A stretch of 53,478 nucleotides of DNA from Promethearchaeota archaeon (GCA_048941265.1 JBHLNT010000012.1:1-53478); one strand, 5' to 3'; positions 28,947 to 39,129 are shown, counted from the first letter of the stretch. The notes: generated by a model not told the origin, from the letters alone. Made by a program: numbers and translations.

Positions 28947-31898
28947 CTACTGAGTTTCCCTATATATATCAACAATTTTCCGTTTTCGTGATTTTCTTAA
29001 CATAAGATACATTCCTGTCCAGATAAATGCAAATGAAAGTAAATACAAGGTAATTGAGTTCAGATATGGAAATACGGGGCGATAAGGTAAATCTGCAAAA
29101 AGTGCAAAGTTAGATGTGACTAACCATCCTGTAAAATATCCAACGAGGATGCCTACAGTCCCTGCGCTTAACATTATTATTAGAGCTTCAATTATAAACA
29201 TGCGATTCATCTCTTTACCTTTCAAACCAAGCGTACGAATAATTCCAATTTCTTTCTTTCTTTCCATAATTGTCGAATATGATGAAGATAATATTCCAAA
29301 AAGACAAATAAAAACGGTAGCACCAAGAATCATCGTAAATAGTGCGTCAACAATCGCAAAAAATCGTTCTTGTTGTTCAATCATTTCTTCTAGATTATAA
29401 ATCTCATAATCATAATCATTTTGAAATAATGTATCAATATCTTCTTCAATTGATCCAGCTTCATCAAGTCTATCATCTTGTATTTTAATGAAAATTTTAC
29501 TTAACCAAGTGGGCTCTGGGATATCGATAATTTCTAAATAAGTTTGCTGAGAAATTAACACACCTCCTTCATAGGAACGACTTCTAGTTCCTCCAAATTC
29601 TTCTATAAATCCCGGCATAGTAGAAGCCATTCCAACGATCTTAAATTCATATTTTTCTTGTTCATCACCTCTTTGGACAAGGATTCTAGCCTTATCCCCT
29701 AATTCCAACTTCAATTCTAAAGCTATAGCTTCAGAAATAATACATGTGTAAACATCCTCATCTTCAAATAAATCGTTAAATGCATCATCCATATCTCCTT
29801 TTGTCATTTCAATTAAGTCGGTTTGTACAGTAGAAAGATATTGTTCATCTATCCCTATAAGAGTTATTTTTTCAGTAGAAACTCCCCCATAATCTCCGAT
29901 ATCAGCTTCAAATTTTTTATCTTCTTCAGAATATATTTGAGTTAATTGCCAAGGTGTTGCTAATACAGTAGATACCTTCTCAATACCATCAATTAGTAAA
30001 AGTTGTTCTTTAAAATCTGTTGTCATTATTCTATTCGGATCAATTGTACTCTCTTCCTCGTGCTCGTTCTCATCACCTCCACCCCCTACAAAAACATTAC
30101 CTTGAGATTCTTCCTCTTCCTCTGCCCAACCAACAGTTTCCATTAATAAATCAGATCCATAAGTTAGACGCGTTCGGAGTGCAACTTGTGAGGATTGCGT
30201 TTGAATGACAATGGAAGCATATACTACAAAGGAAAATGATAGGGCTGTTATTATTATTGTACTTGCGTTTCTTCTTTGATATCTAAAAACAAATATTTTT
30301 ATGACATGAATTAATCGTTTAGAACGAAATATGCCAAGTTTGAAAAATTGAATCATTAATCTTAACGCAATCGGCATCAATCCTAATCCTGCTAATGTTA
30401 AGCCAATGGAAAATACTAAAAGCAATACAATAAATGTAGTTGCCATCAAAGTCATATCCATTGAAACAATTAACCTTGGTAAGACAAACATGACAAATCC
30501 TCCATTTATTGCTAAAACAAGCCCGGCTATTATTAATTTGTAATTCACGGAGGTTCTCTTTTGAAGATGATAAAGAGTGTCTTCATGACGATATGGATGA
30601 ATAGATTCAATAAGCTGTAGACGTTTAACTTTAAGAGCTGGTGAAATGCTAACTATCAATCCTATGGTAATCCCCATTAAATAAGCTATTATTATTGAAT
30701 ACAATGTAAAATGAAATACCAAATCTTCACCTGTAAGAAGATATTCATTTGCAAAAGGAATAACAAGAAATTGAGTTTCAAAAAAGGCACTCACTATACC
30801 TAGTATTGCACCGAAATTACATAATAGGAAACCTTGTACTAAAACTATTTTTAAGTTATAGTTTTTATTTGCTCCTAAAGTTCTAAAAATCCCAAATTCT
30901 CTAATTCTCTCTTCTACTGATGTTTTCAATATTCCATTAATTAAAATACCGGATATTAACATAGTTACAATTGAGACAAACACAAAAATTACGGTAATTG
31001 CCATACTCAAAAATTGGGATTGATCAAGGAGTTCTAACTTGGGTAATTCTATTTTATATCCTTCTAATCCTAATTCTTCTTGAATTTTGCCTGCTATTTC
31101 TTTCACTCTTTTTTGAGATCCTTCAATGTCTCTTATATCATATAAATCTTCACTATTCTTGAAAGTCAAGATTAACTTACTACATTTACCAGTGAAGTCA
31201 TCTTCCTCTTTGAAAATATCATAAAGAGTATTAATATCTACTACAATTAAATTTTCTAAACGATAATCATTAGGCCATTTCTGATTATAATCGAAAATTT
31301 CATCGATTGTAAAAATTACTGTTTTTTCAATCTTTTTATTACCATGAGTCATACTCACATTTATTACAAGTTTATCCTCCTCCTCATAGTTAATTTTATC
31401 ATTAAATCCATAGTAGATAGCACAATGATACAATCTCAATTCATCCAGATCCATCTTTTCTTCAGGAGAATCCGGTTTTGTAAAAGAACCAAAACCAATA
31501 TCCTCTTCTAAAGAGAAATCTATTCCTGAAATTAATGCAGATTCTAGTCTATCAGTTCCAGAAATGTTTACTTCTCCATCAACTTCCATTCTGGGAATGA
31601 AATTCTCAATTTCATCAGAAACTTCTTTAATTTTATCAATTATTGGATCAAATTCAAAATAAGAAGAACGATTTTCCGGTTCATTTCTATAATGACGAAT
31701 GGAAACTACCATATCTTGACCACCAGCATCAGTACTTAAATAATCTACGAATGATACTGAGATTGAATCAGCCAAAAAAAGAACAACAGCAAGTATTCCA
31801 ACTGATATCATTACCCCTATAAACGCTAATGCTGTTCTGATCTTTTGCTGAGAAAGATCCTTAAACGCATATTTAAAAATTAAGATAAGATTTTTCAT
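28947..31898 (-). CDS. Second FtsX/MacB-type ABC permease
   Basis: SVEERIREFGIFRTLGA, ERKKEIGIIRTLGL; same architecture as 16950-19841 (e.g. RYQRRNAST vs RYRRRNTST). Confidence 0.9.
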   Translation of the reverse strand: MKNLILIFKYAFKDLSQQKIRTALAFIGVMISVGILAVVLFLADSISVSFVDYLSTDAGGQDMVVSIRHYRNEPENRSSYFEFDPIIDKIKEVSDEIENFIPRMEVDGEVNISGTDRLESALISGIDFSLEEDIGFGSFTKPDSPEEKMDLDELRLYHCAIYYGFNDKINYEEEDKLVINVSMTHGNKKIEKTVIFTIDEIFDYNQKWPNDYRLENLIVVDINTLYDIFKEEDDFTGKCSKLILTFKNSEDLYDIRDIEGSQKRVKEIAGKIQEELGLEGYKIELPKLELLDQSQFLSMAITVIFVFVSIVTMLISGILINGILKTSVEERIREFGIFRTLGANKNYNLKIVLVQGFLLCNFGAILGIVSAFFETQFLVIPFANEYLLTGEDLVFHFTLYSIIIAYLMGITIGLIVSISPALKVKRLQLIESIHPYRHEDTLYHLQKRTSVNYKLIIAGLVLAINGGFVMFVLPRLIVSMDMTLMATTFIVLLLVFSIGLTLAGLGLMPIALRLMIQFFKLGIFRSKRLIHVIKIFVFRYQRRNASTIIITALSFSFVVYASIVIQTQSSQVALRTRLTYGSDLLMETVGWAEEEEESQGNVFVGGGGDENEHEEESTIDPNRIMTTDFKEQLLLIDGIEKVSTVLATPWQLTQIYSEEDKKFEADIGDYGGVSTEKITLIGIDEQYLSTVQTDLIEMTKGDMDDAFNDLFEDEDVYTCIISEAIALELKLELGDKARILVQRGDEQEKYEFKIVGMASTMPGFIEEFGGTRSRSYEGGVLISQQTYLEIIDIPEPTWLSKIFIKIQDDRLDEAGSIEEDIDTLFQNDYDYEIYNLEEMIEQQERFFAIVDALFTMILGATVFICLFGILSSSYSTIMERKKEIGIIRTLGLKGKEMNRMFIIEALIIMLSAGTVGILVGYFTGWLVTSNFALFADLPYRPVFPYLNSITLYLLSFAFIWTGMYLMLRKSRKRKIVDIYRETQ

Positions 31899-31947
31899 AT
31901 AGCTAGTAAGCTTTTATTAATTTTTTTAATTGCAAGATATTTACTTT

Positions 31948-33120
31948 TTATTTCAGAACTAATATTTCTCCCTCAATTTTGCCAGTAATCCCATTTTCTT
32001 CGATTAATTCCTTTAAAACATCATGAAAATGGATAGGTAAGTTCAATACAATACTACTGGGAATACTACTCTTTATTTCCTCCACCTTTATCTCAGTTTT
32101 ACCCTGATTTGCGAAAAGAAACTGAAAAATTTTACTCTTACATTTTTCTTTATTCATTTCTGCTTCCTGTTTTCTTTTCAATTCCATGATCTCTGTTTCT
32201 TTTAGTCCACCTATTTTTCCTTCATGAGTAAGTTTTCCGTCTCTCATATGAAATACTCTTGAAGCAAATTCGGAAACTGCAGCATCGTGAGAGACAGCTA
32301 CAAATGTAGCGCCTTTTCTGTTTAAATCTCTCAAAAGATTTAAAATTAAAATTCCAGTTTTACTATCTAGATCTCCTGTGGGTTCATCTAATACACAAAT
32401 TGCAGGATCATTTGCAAATGCTCTGGCTATAGCAACTCTTTGTTGTTCACCTCCGGATAATTCTGATGGTGTGTGATGAGCTCTTTCATCTAATCCTACT
32501 AGTCTTAAAAGATCCATGCCTCTCTTCCGTTTTCCCCGACGACTTAACTTACCCGAGAAATGTAATGGTACCATTACATTTTCTAAGGCAGTCATTTGGG
32601 GTAGAAGATTATAAAATTGAAACACAAAACCTATCCTTTCTTTTCGAATATCTGCTAATTCATTATCAGAAAGCATTGAGATATTCCTTCCCTCAAGGAA
32701 TATTTTACCCCTTGTAGGGGTGTCAAGACCTCCAATTAAATTTAATAAAGTTGTTTTTCCAGATCCTGATGGGCCCATTATATCAACAAAATCCCCTTTA
32801 TCGATTGTAAGATCAACACCTCGGAGAGCTGCTACGGCTGTTGTCCCTAAAAGATATGTTTTATGAAGATTTTCAACCACGATTAAATGCTCATAATCCA
32901 CTTCTACATCTTTATCTTCCTTTATCAATTTTTTCATTTCTTTCTTTGCTTCTCGAGAAGACTTTAATGTTTTTATTTTCTTTTTCTTTACTGTCTTTTT
33001 TTGCTTTTTTTCTTTCCATTTACGAAAATCCTTTGTGATTTCTCCTTTCCAAATGGCGAGTTTTCCTGTTTCTTCTTCGTACTGTTCCATTAAAGGATCT
33101 TTTTTCATAATATTTGTCAT
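31948..33120 (-). CDS. LolD/MacB-type ABC ATPase with extra N- and C-terminal domains
   Basis: GPSGSGKTT, IGFVFQFYNLLP, LSGGEQQRVAIARA, LDEPTGDLD, VSHD. Confidence 0.93.
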   Translation of the reverse strand: MTNIMKKDPLMEQYEEETGKLAIWKGEITKDFRKWKEKKQKKTVKKKKIKTLKSSREAKKEMKKLIKEDKDVEVDYEHLIVVENLHKTYLLGTTAVAALRGVDLTIDKGDFVDIMGPSGSGKTTLLNLIGGLDTPTRGKIFLEGRNISMLSDNELADIRKERIGFVFQFYNLLPQMTALENVMVPLHFSGKLSRRGKRKRGMDLLRLVGLDERAHHTPSELSGGEQQRVAIARAFANDPAICVLDEPTGDLDSKTGILILNLLRDLNRKGATFVAVSHDAAVSEFASRVFHMRDGKLTHEGKIGGLKETEIMELKRKQEAEMNKEKCKSKIFQFLFANQGKTEIKVEEIKSSIPSSIVLNLPIHFHDVLKELIEENGITGKIEGEILVLK

Positions 33121-33463
33121 TAATAGGCTACTCTTTATTAGTTCATAGTTTAACTAACTTTTCTACAAAAATTACTCAATTATTTTGATATTTATTAAGT
33201 TATCTTGAAATACTTATTAGTTATGACTCAATTAATTGTAAAAATCAAAATACATATAAAAATTGTTTTAAAAAGTTTCTAAAAGTCCTCAATAATTTTA
33301 TGATTTACTTAAGTAAACGATTCTATTCTAAGAAATATATATGAGTTTAAATAAAGGGCATTTTTAAACGTTTATATTCTATTACTATAGAAAATTTTCA
33401 GATTTTCCTAATTACTATGCATATATACACTATTATGAGGGAAAGAGTAAAAATATAGCTAAA

Positions 33464-34201
33464 TTAAGAGGAAAGTTTCTTTTGCTTTTTTAAATATTTT
33501 AAAATCTTTAAATATAGCTCTTGTTCGGCTTGATTTTGAGATTTATACGATTTTGATTTTAATTCTTTTGGTAATTTAATCAATAATTGCATATTTTGGT
33601 TATAGATTTTAGGATTCATTGCTATCCATTTGGGTTCATGATCTGAACCAAAATTTTTAAAATCACACTTAATAACAGGAGTAAGTTTATATAACCTCTG
33701 TAAATATTCAAGTAGTTTGTTCTTATTGAAAATAGATGATTCCTTTATTATTGAATCCCAATCCTGGAAAAATTTATTAATTACTTTCTCTTCGACGATA
33801 CTTAAATCTGAATTTGAATCTAAATACAGTGCTCCACAAATTGCTTCAAGGGAATCGGCCAGAGTTTTCGTACCAATTATTTTTTGTTTCTTGGAGGCAA
33901 AGATATATTTTTCTAGATTGATTTTACGGGCAATCATACCAAATGTTCTATTACTTTCTAAACACTGCTTCATCTTAGTTAATTCTCCAGGATTATCTGC
34001 TCCCTTATTATAGATTTTTAAACTCAATATTAATTTAATAACGGCATCACCAAGAGTTTCTAAGACTTCATAATGAGGTATTCCTAATTCATTACCCAAT
34101 TTAGGAGTAGTCAACGCTTGTTTTAAAAGATCTTCATTTTTAAATTTGTAATTAATTAATTTCTGAAAATTATTTAATTTCTCCAAGATGGAACTTAACA
34201 T
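33464..34201 (-). CDS. rnc: Ribonuclease III family protein with degenerate dsRBD-like C-terminus
   Basis: INYKFKNEDLLKQALT, YEVLETLGDAVIKLIL, LADSLEAICGALYLD, KNKLLEYLQ, KSQNQAEQ. Confidence 0.85.
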   Translation of the reverse strand: MLSSILEKLNNFQKLINYKFKNEDLLKQALTTPKLGNELGIPHYEVLETLGDAVIKLILSLKIYNKGADNPGELTKMKQCLESNRTFGMIARKINLEKYIFASKKQKIIGTKTLADSLEAICGALYLDSNSDLSIVEEKVINKFFQDWDSIIKESSIFNKNKLLEYLQRLYKLTPVIKCDFKNFGSDHEPKWIAMNPKIYNQNMQLLIKLPKELKSKSYKSQNQAEQELYLKILKYLKKQKKLSS

Positions 34202-34310
34202 TTTTCCAATTGATTATAGTAATTAATTTTATTATGTATTATTTAAGAATTAATATTTAACTAAAATTTTGTATAATTTCAATCTGAAATTTCTAAAAAT
34301 TTGATCAAAA

Positions 34311-34861
34311 ATGAGTGATCTAAAAAGATAGAAAGAATAAAGTTTTGATACGGAATATTTAGGGGATGTTTTAAATAAAAAGAAAGAATTTGGAAATAGA
34401 TATCGAACTTCTGGATTTAGATTGGGGGCTCAGCTATTTTCAAGCGTAGCAAAATTTATTATAAAGAAATAGGGGCCTGATGAGGGAGAAAAATTACTTA
34501 AAAATGCGATAGAATATTTTAGAAAAGAGAGAGGAAAACAAATTGCTTAACGAGTGAAAGCAGAAGGTAAACCTTTAACATTTAAAAATTGGTTGAGAGA
34601 TAATGACATAGATCCTTCGAATTTTAGACTTGTGCCAAGTATCGAAGATGATGATTTTATCGCAATAATTAGACATTGTCCTTCTATAACCTTGCTGAAG
34701 AATGGGCGTTAGGAGATTATGCAAAAGTTTATAGCAAATATGTAGACTATAAAATACTTGAGGACTATAGTCCCAACATAAAGCTTATTTTAAAAGAGCT
34801 CCAGGCTACTGGAAAAAACCGCTGTATATTTCGTTACATTATGAAAGCAGATAACAAGTAA
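34311..34861 (+). pseudogene. Pseudogene of an ATC-hydrolase/V4R-like family protein
   Basis: From ATG 34311 reads ..*GPDEGEKLLKNAIEYFRKERGKQIA*..IRHCP, then shifts frame near 34680 into FYNLAEEW.LGDYAKVY.KYVDY..TGKNRCIFRY; four internal stops. Confidence 0.7.
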
Positions 34862-34894
34862 AATTTAATAGTATAAACAAGTCTTTATTATTAT

Positions 34895-35329
34895 ATGGAA
34901 AAAGAGAATTTAGATAAAGTTCTCTCTATGATTAAAGGAATCGAAAAAAAAAATTTAGAATTTGAAAAATATCTTTCTAATTTGAAAATCTTATCAAGAA
35001 ATAGTTTCCTTAAGGAAATTATATCTGATATACTTGAAAACAATAAGTTTTTTCAAAGAATTCGATTAAGTGATGAGGGTACTTGTCTCGCTGAAGAAGA
35101 ATTAGAAGAATTATCGAACGGAAATTATATTGAAGAACTAATTTCAAAAATTCGAAATGAGCCCTCAAAAAGAATTATCATTTTGCGTGAATATTTGAGT
35201 AAACTCGAGGGAATTGCTGAAAACGATTTAAATGTGATTTTAAAATCATTAACAAATAAAGATCTTGAAGATTTAAAAAAAGAATTGTTGAATTTAACTA
35301 AAATCTTTAAAATAAAAAATAAAAAGTAA
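34895..35329 (+). CDS. Hypothetical helical protein
   Basis: 144-aa ATG-started ORF, charged and helical; no recognisable motif. Confidence 0.65.
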   Translation: MEKENLDKVLSMIKGIEKKNLEFEKYLSNLKILSRNSFLKEIISDILENNKFFQRIRLSDEGTCLAEEELEELSNGNYIEELISKIRNEPSKRIIILREYLSKLEGIAENDLNVILKSLTNKDLEDLKKELLNLTKIFKIKNKK

Positions 35330-35413
35330 TTTCAAAATTGTAATAAGTAGGTAATTTAAAAACGATTCATTTCATTAACTTTTTTAAGGACGGACAAGAA
35401 ACCTTACAAATTT

Positions 35414-35815
35414 TTAATACTCAAATAGTTTTAACAAAGTAAGGACATTTTTAATTCCTCGAATTTTTGCTTTTCTCGTTAATAATTTCCCCACAATTTG
35501 ACCGATTTTAATATCACCTCCTCCTAAAAGATCTGCGAAAGTTTTCGTATCGGTCTGAAAAAATCCGTCCCATCCCACAACTTTTTTCTTTATATTCTTT
35601 TTGGGATTATTATCAATACTTTCAACATAAATCTGACCATGGTCAATTACAAGTAAGGCTGCTTGTTTTCCATCTTTTGGATTTAATAGAATCTTAATTA
35701 CTTTATCTTTAAAATCTTCTTTAAATTTCTCTATGGTATTTAAAGGTTCTACTTCTTTAGCTACAATCTTAGGAAATCCTTTCATCCGTTTCTTGTTTGT
35801 TTCATTTTCAGACAT
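35414..35815 (-). CDS. SCP2 sterol/lipid-carrier-like domain protein
   Basis: Strand pattern AALLVIDHGQIYVE, WDGFFQTDTKTFADLL, LLTRKAKIRG matches the SCP2 fold. Confidence 0.6.
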   Translation of the reverse strand: MSENETNKKRMKGFPKIVAKEVEPLNTIEKFKEDFKDKVIKILLNPKDGKQAALLVIDHGQIYVESIDNNPKKNIKKKVVGWDGFFQTDTKTFADLLGGGDIKIGQIVGKLLTRKAKIRGIKNVLTLLKLFEY

Positions 35816-35971
35816 AAGTATTTATTCCCCTAATTAGGTTTAATAATATACAATTAACTTATATGTTAATTTTAAATCTTTATTGGTTTTTTAAATTAAT
35901 TAAATTTTCAATTATAGTTGATAATTGAGAAAATGAGCTAAATTTGCATCTAAATCAGACAAAAACAAAAC

Positions 35972-36226
35972 CTAATAACCAGATTCTTCCCCGCTTGTAA
36001 AGAACTCCTCGTATGCTTTTCGATCTTCTCCGGAAATTTTCTCCCCCTTAAGATTTTCTTTAATGATTATTGGAGCACTTTCTTTCTCGTCATGTTTAAT
36101 TGTTTTGATTATTTTATATTCTTTCTTTTCATCTGTGGCAAGATCAAATTCCTTATCACATGCTTTACAGTATAGTTTCTTTTTCCTCGGGATTAAGATG
36201 TTGTCACATTCAGGACAGAAGCGCAT
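35972..36226 (-). CDS. TFS/RpoM-like protein with only the N-terminal zinc ribbon
   Basis: MRFCPECDNILIP..LYCKAC; no second ribbon or DE motif; SD AGGAGGT at 36235-36241. Confidence 0.75.
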   Translation of the reverse strand: MRFCPECDNILIPRKKKLYCKACDKEFDLATDEKKEYKIIKTIKHDEKESAPIIIKENLKGEKISGEDRKAYEEFFTSGEESGY

Positions 36227-36605
36227 TTTTTTAAACCTCCTAAAACGTCAAATTCAAGCTTTTATTATTTTTTTTTGTTTTGTATATTGTGTTTTAGTCA
36301 ACTTATTATAAAATAATATTCCATATATAAATTTATCCAAAATTATTATGGTATTCTCTATTAGGATATAAAAACTTTTGCTTTCAATTTATTTTTATCC
36401 AATCAAAAAAGATCTTACTAAATAAAAGTCAAACTATATGTTCATTTATAGGATATTATTAAAGCTTTAACAATAGTATGGAGATTTATGTTCAAATAGT
36501 TATTTAAGTTAAACGAAAATCTACAAAAATGGGATATAACTTTCTTAATTTAAACAAAATTAACTATAACGATTTTTAGATTTTAAGCAAATAATCCGAA
36601 AAGCC

Positions 36606-37454
36606 TTAATTTGTTAAGAAGTAGGAATTAGGCTTAGTTTTTTTATAATCTTCCTTTATAATTTTTTTAAGTTCTTTGTTGAATTTCTTAATATCTATCG
36701 GGTTTCCCTCTATATTTATCAATTTTAAATTTTTTAGACTACTTAAATTTGATATTTTGGAGATATTATTATATTCGCAGCTAAGACATCTTAAGTTGCT
36801 GAGGAACTCAAGATTCTCAATAGCCTCAATTTTATTCCATCCAAGATCTAAATTTATTAAATTTTTAAGTGCTTCAACATTTGAAATTAAATTTATTTGA
36901 TTGTACATGAGATTTAAACATTCTAAATTTGAGAGTGATTCCAAACCTTCAATATTTGTAATTTTATTGCCCCCAAGACATAAATATTTTAAATTCTTGA
37001 GATTATCTAAACCTTTTATTTTAGAGATTTGATTTTTCTTAAGCCATAACTCCTCCAAACTAATAAGGCTTTCTAATCCCTTAATATTAGTGATATTATT
37101 TTCTTTAAGCCATAAAATCTTTAGATTAATAAGATTTTCTAATCCTTTCATTTCAGAAATCTTATTTTTTTCTAGATAAAGAGATTCTAATTTTAGAAGA
37201 GTACCTAATCCGTTAATTTCTTCTATTTCATTATTGTTAAGCCATAATTTTTCCAATTCACTTAAGGTTTCAAGACCATTTATCTCTGAGATCTTATTAT
37301 GAGAAAGATCAAGAGCTTTTAGTCTAGTTAATTTCTGTAGTCCCTCAATTTCGGTTATTTTAGTAATACCTTGTTTACTTAAATTTAAAATATTATTCTT
37401 TACTTCATATTTATTACTATTAAAAACAACATATTCTTCTTTATCTTGCAACAT
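36606..37454 (-). CDS. Leucine-rich repeat protein (SDS22-like 22-aa repeats)
   Basis: About ten repeats of LxxLxLxxNxIxxIxGLxxL. Confidence 0.92.
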   Translation of the reverse strand: MLQDKEEYVVFNSNKYEVKNNILNLSKQGITKITEIEGLQKLTRLKALDLSHNKISEINGLETLSELEKLWLNNNEIEEINGLGTLLKLESLYLEKNKISEMKGLENLINLKILWLKENNITNIKGLESLISLEELWLKKNQISKIKGLDNLKNLKYLCLGGNKITNIEGLESLSNLECLNLMYNQINLISNVEALKNLINLDLGWNKIEAIENLEFLSNLRCLSCEYNNISKISNLSSLKNLKLINIEGNPIDIKKFNKELKKIIKEDYKKTKPNSYFLTN

Positions 37455-37545
37455 TATGGATTCACTATAACTTATATTGTTGCCCTAACTTAAATTTATA
37501 TTGTTTTAAAAGGATAAAATATTATCTTAGGTAGGGGATTTAATA

Positions 37546-38289
37546 TTGAATGAAAAACCTAAAAATAAAATATTTATTATTGGTCATCGAGGCGCTAATA
37601 GTATAGCTCCTGAGAATACTTTAAAAGCCTTTCAAAAGGCGATTGAATTAGGTGCAGATTGTGTTGAATTTGATGTTCATGAATCGAAAGACGGTAAAAT
37701 TGTAGTAATGCACGATGAAGACATTTTTAGGACTACTGGACAAAAATTTCATGGTTTAATCAAGGACATGACGCTTGAAGAGTTAAGAACTCTTGATTGT
37801 GGAGAGGGCGAAAAAATACCTACATTTAAAGAATTGATTTCTCTAACCAAGGGAAAAATTGGATTGAATTGTGAGATCAAAGCAGAAGGTATTGCTAAAA
37901 AGATTGTTGCTATAATGAAAGATGCGGATATTATCGATACAACAATAGTGAGTTCATTTAAGCATCCGGAGCTTTTAAAAATACAGAAGTTAGAACCAAA
38001 AATTAAATTAGCTTCGTTAGAGCCAGCAGGATCTAGTAGGCTCTCTCATTGGGAAAACAAGGAAGCAATGATTAATAAAGCAGTTAAAAACAAATTTTAT
38101 GCGATTCATCCACTATATAAACTCGTAGATAGAAAATTCATTGAGTACGCCCATAATTACAATCTTAAAGTAATTCCATGGACAGTTGATTCCGGAATAG
38201 CACTGAAGAAATTGATGAATATGGGTCCAGATGCGATTATAACAAACGATATTTCTCGCATGAAAGAAATTTTGAAAGATTTTGATTAG
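37546..38289 (+). CDS. Glycerophosphodiester phosphodiesterase (copy 1)
   Basis: IGHRGA..APENTL, EFDV, VMHD, IPTF.E, NCEIK, WTVD, IITN. Confidence 0.93.
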   Translation: MNEKPKNKIFIIGHRGANSIAPENTLKAFQKAIELGADCVEFDVHESKDGKIVVMHDEDIFRTTGQKFHGLIKDMTLEELRTLDCGEGEKIPTFKELISLTKGKIGLNCEIKAEGIAKKIVAIMKDADIIDTTIVSSFKHPELLKIQKLEPKIKLASLEPAGSSRLSHWENKEAMINKAVKNKFYAIHPLYKLVDRKFIEYAHNYNLKVIPWTVDSGIALKKLMNMGPDAIITNDISRMKEILKDFD

Positions 38290-38397
38290 AATAAAATTTA
38301 CATTTTTTTTATGATTTAACTTCAATTTTTTATTAATTTTAATTAGATCAAAATCTAAATAGATAATAGGATTAGTTAAATTAAAGTATTTTAAATA

Positions 38398-39129
38398 TTG
38401 AATCGATATATTTTGAATGAAAACAAAAATGTACTTATAATAGGACATCGGGGAGCAAACAGCATTGCTCCAGAAAATACCTTAAAAGCTTTTAAGAAAG
38501 CAATCGAATTAAAGGCAGATTTCATCGAATTTGATATCCGTTTATCGAAAGATAATGAAACTGTTATAATGCACGATGATAACACTTTCAGAACAACAGG
38601 TCATGATGGGCAAATAACAAATATGACAGTTAAAGAACTTAAATCATTAGATTGTGGTGAAGGCGAACAAATTCCGACTTTACATGAAGTAATTGAACTT
38701 ACTAATAGTAAGATTGGATTACAAATTGAAGTTTGTGCTCCGGGGATGGCTGAAAAACTAGTTTCTATTTTGAGGGAGAATGATCTTATTGAGTCATCTA
38801 TAGTATCGTCTTTTCAATATAGTGAATTATTAAATATACAAAAATTGGAACCTAATCTGAAATTAGGATTGTTAATATCAGCTAATGTAGAGTCAAATAA
38901 ATTCGTTATGAAATTTACTCAGAAGGCAATTAAAAAAGAGTTTTATTCTATTCATCCATATTATGAGTTTATTGATGAGAATTATGTGAATTACGTTCAT
39001 AATAACAATCTGAAAGTAATTGCATATACAGTAAATAATAAATCAGATATAGAGAATTTAATTAAGATGGGTGTTAATGGAATAATCACTGATGATATTT
39101 TAATAACAAAGTTAGCGTTGAACAGCTAA
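38398..39129 (+). CDS. Glycerophosphodiester phosphodiesterase (copy 2, tandem paralogue)
   Basis: IGHRGANSIAPENTLKAF identical to copy 1; EFDI, IMHD, YTVN, GIITD. Confidence 0.93.
   Translation: MNRYILNENKNVLIIGHRGANSIAPENTLKAFKKAIELKADFIEFDIRLSKDNETVIMHDDNTFRTTGHDGQITNMTVKELKSLDCGEGEQIPTLHEVIELTNSKIGLQIEVCAPGMAEKLVSILRENDLIESSIVSSFQYSELLNIQKLEPNLKLGLLISANVESNKFVMKFTQKAIKKEFYSIHPYYEFIDENYVNYVHNNNLKVIAYTVNNKSDIENLIKMGVNGIITDDILITKLALNS

Noticed and set aside
36606-37454. 66-nt periodic DNA as CRISPR or tandem repeat
   Set aside because: Periodicity comes from 22-aa LRR coding; no identical repeats with unique spacers and no cas genes
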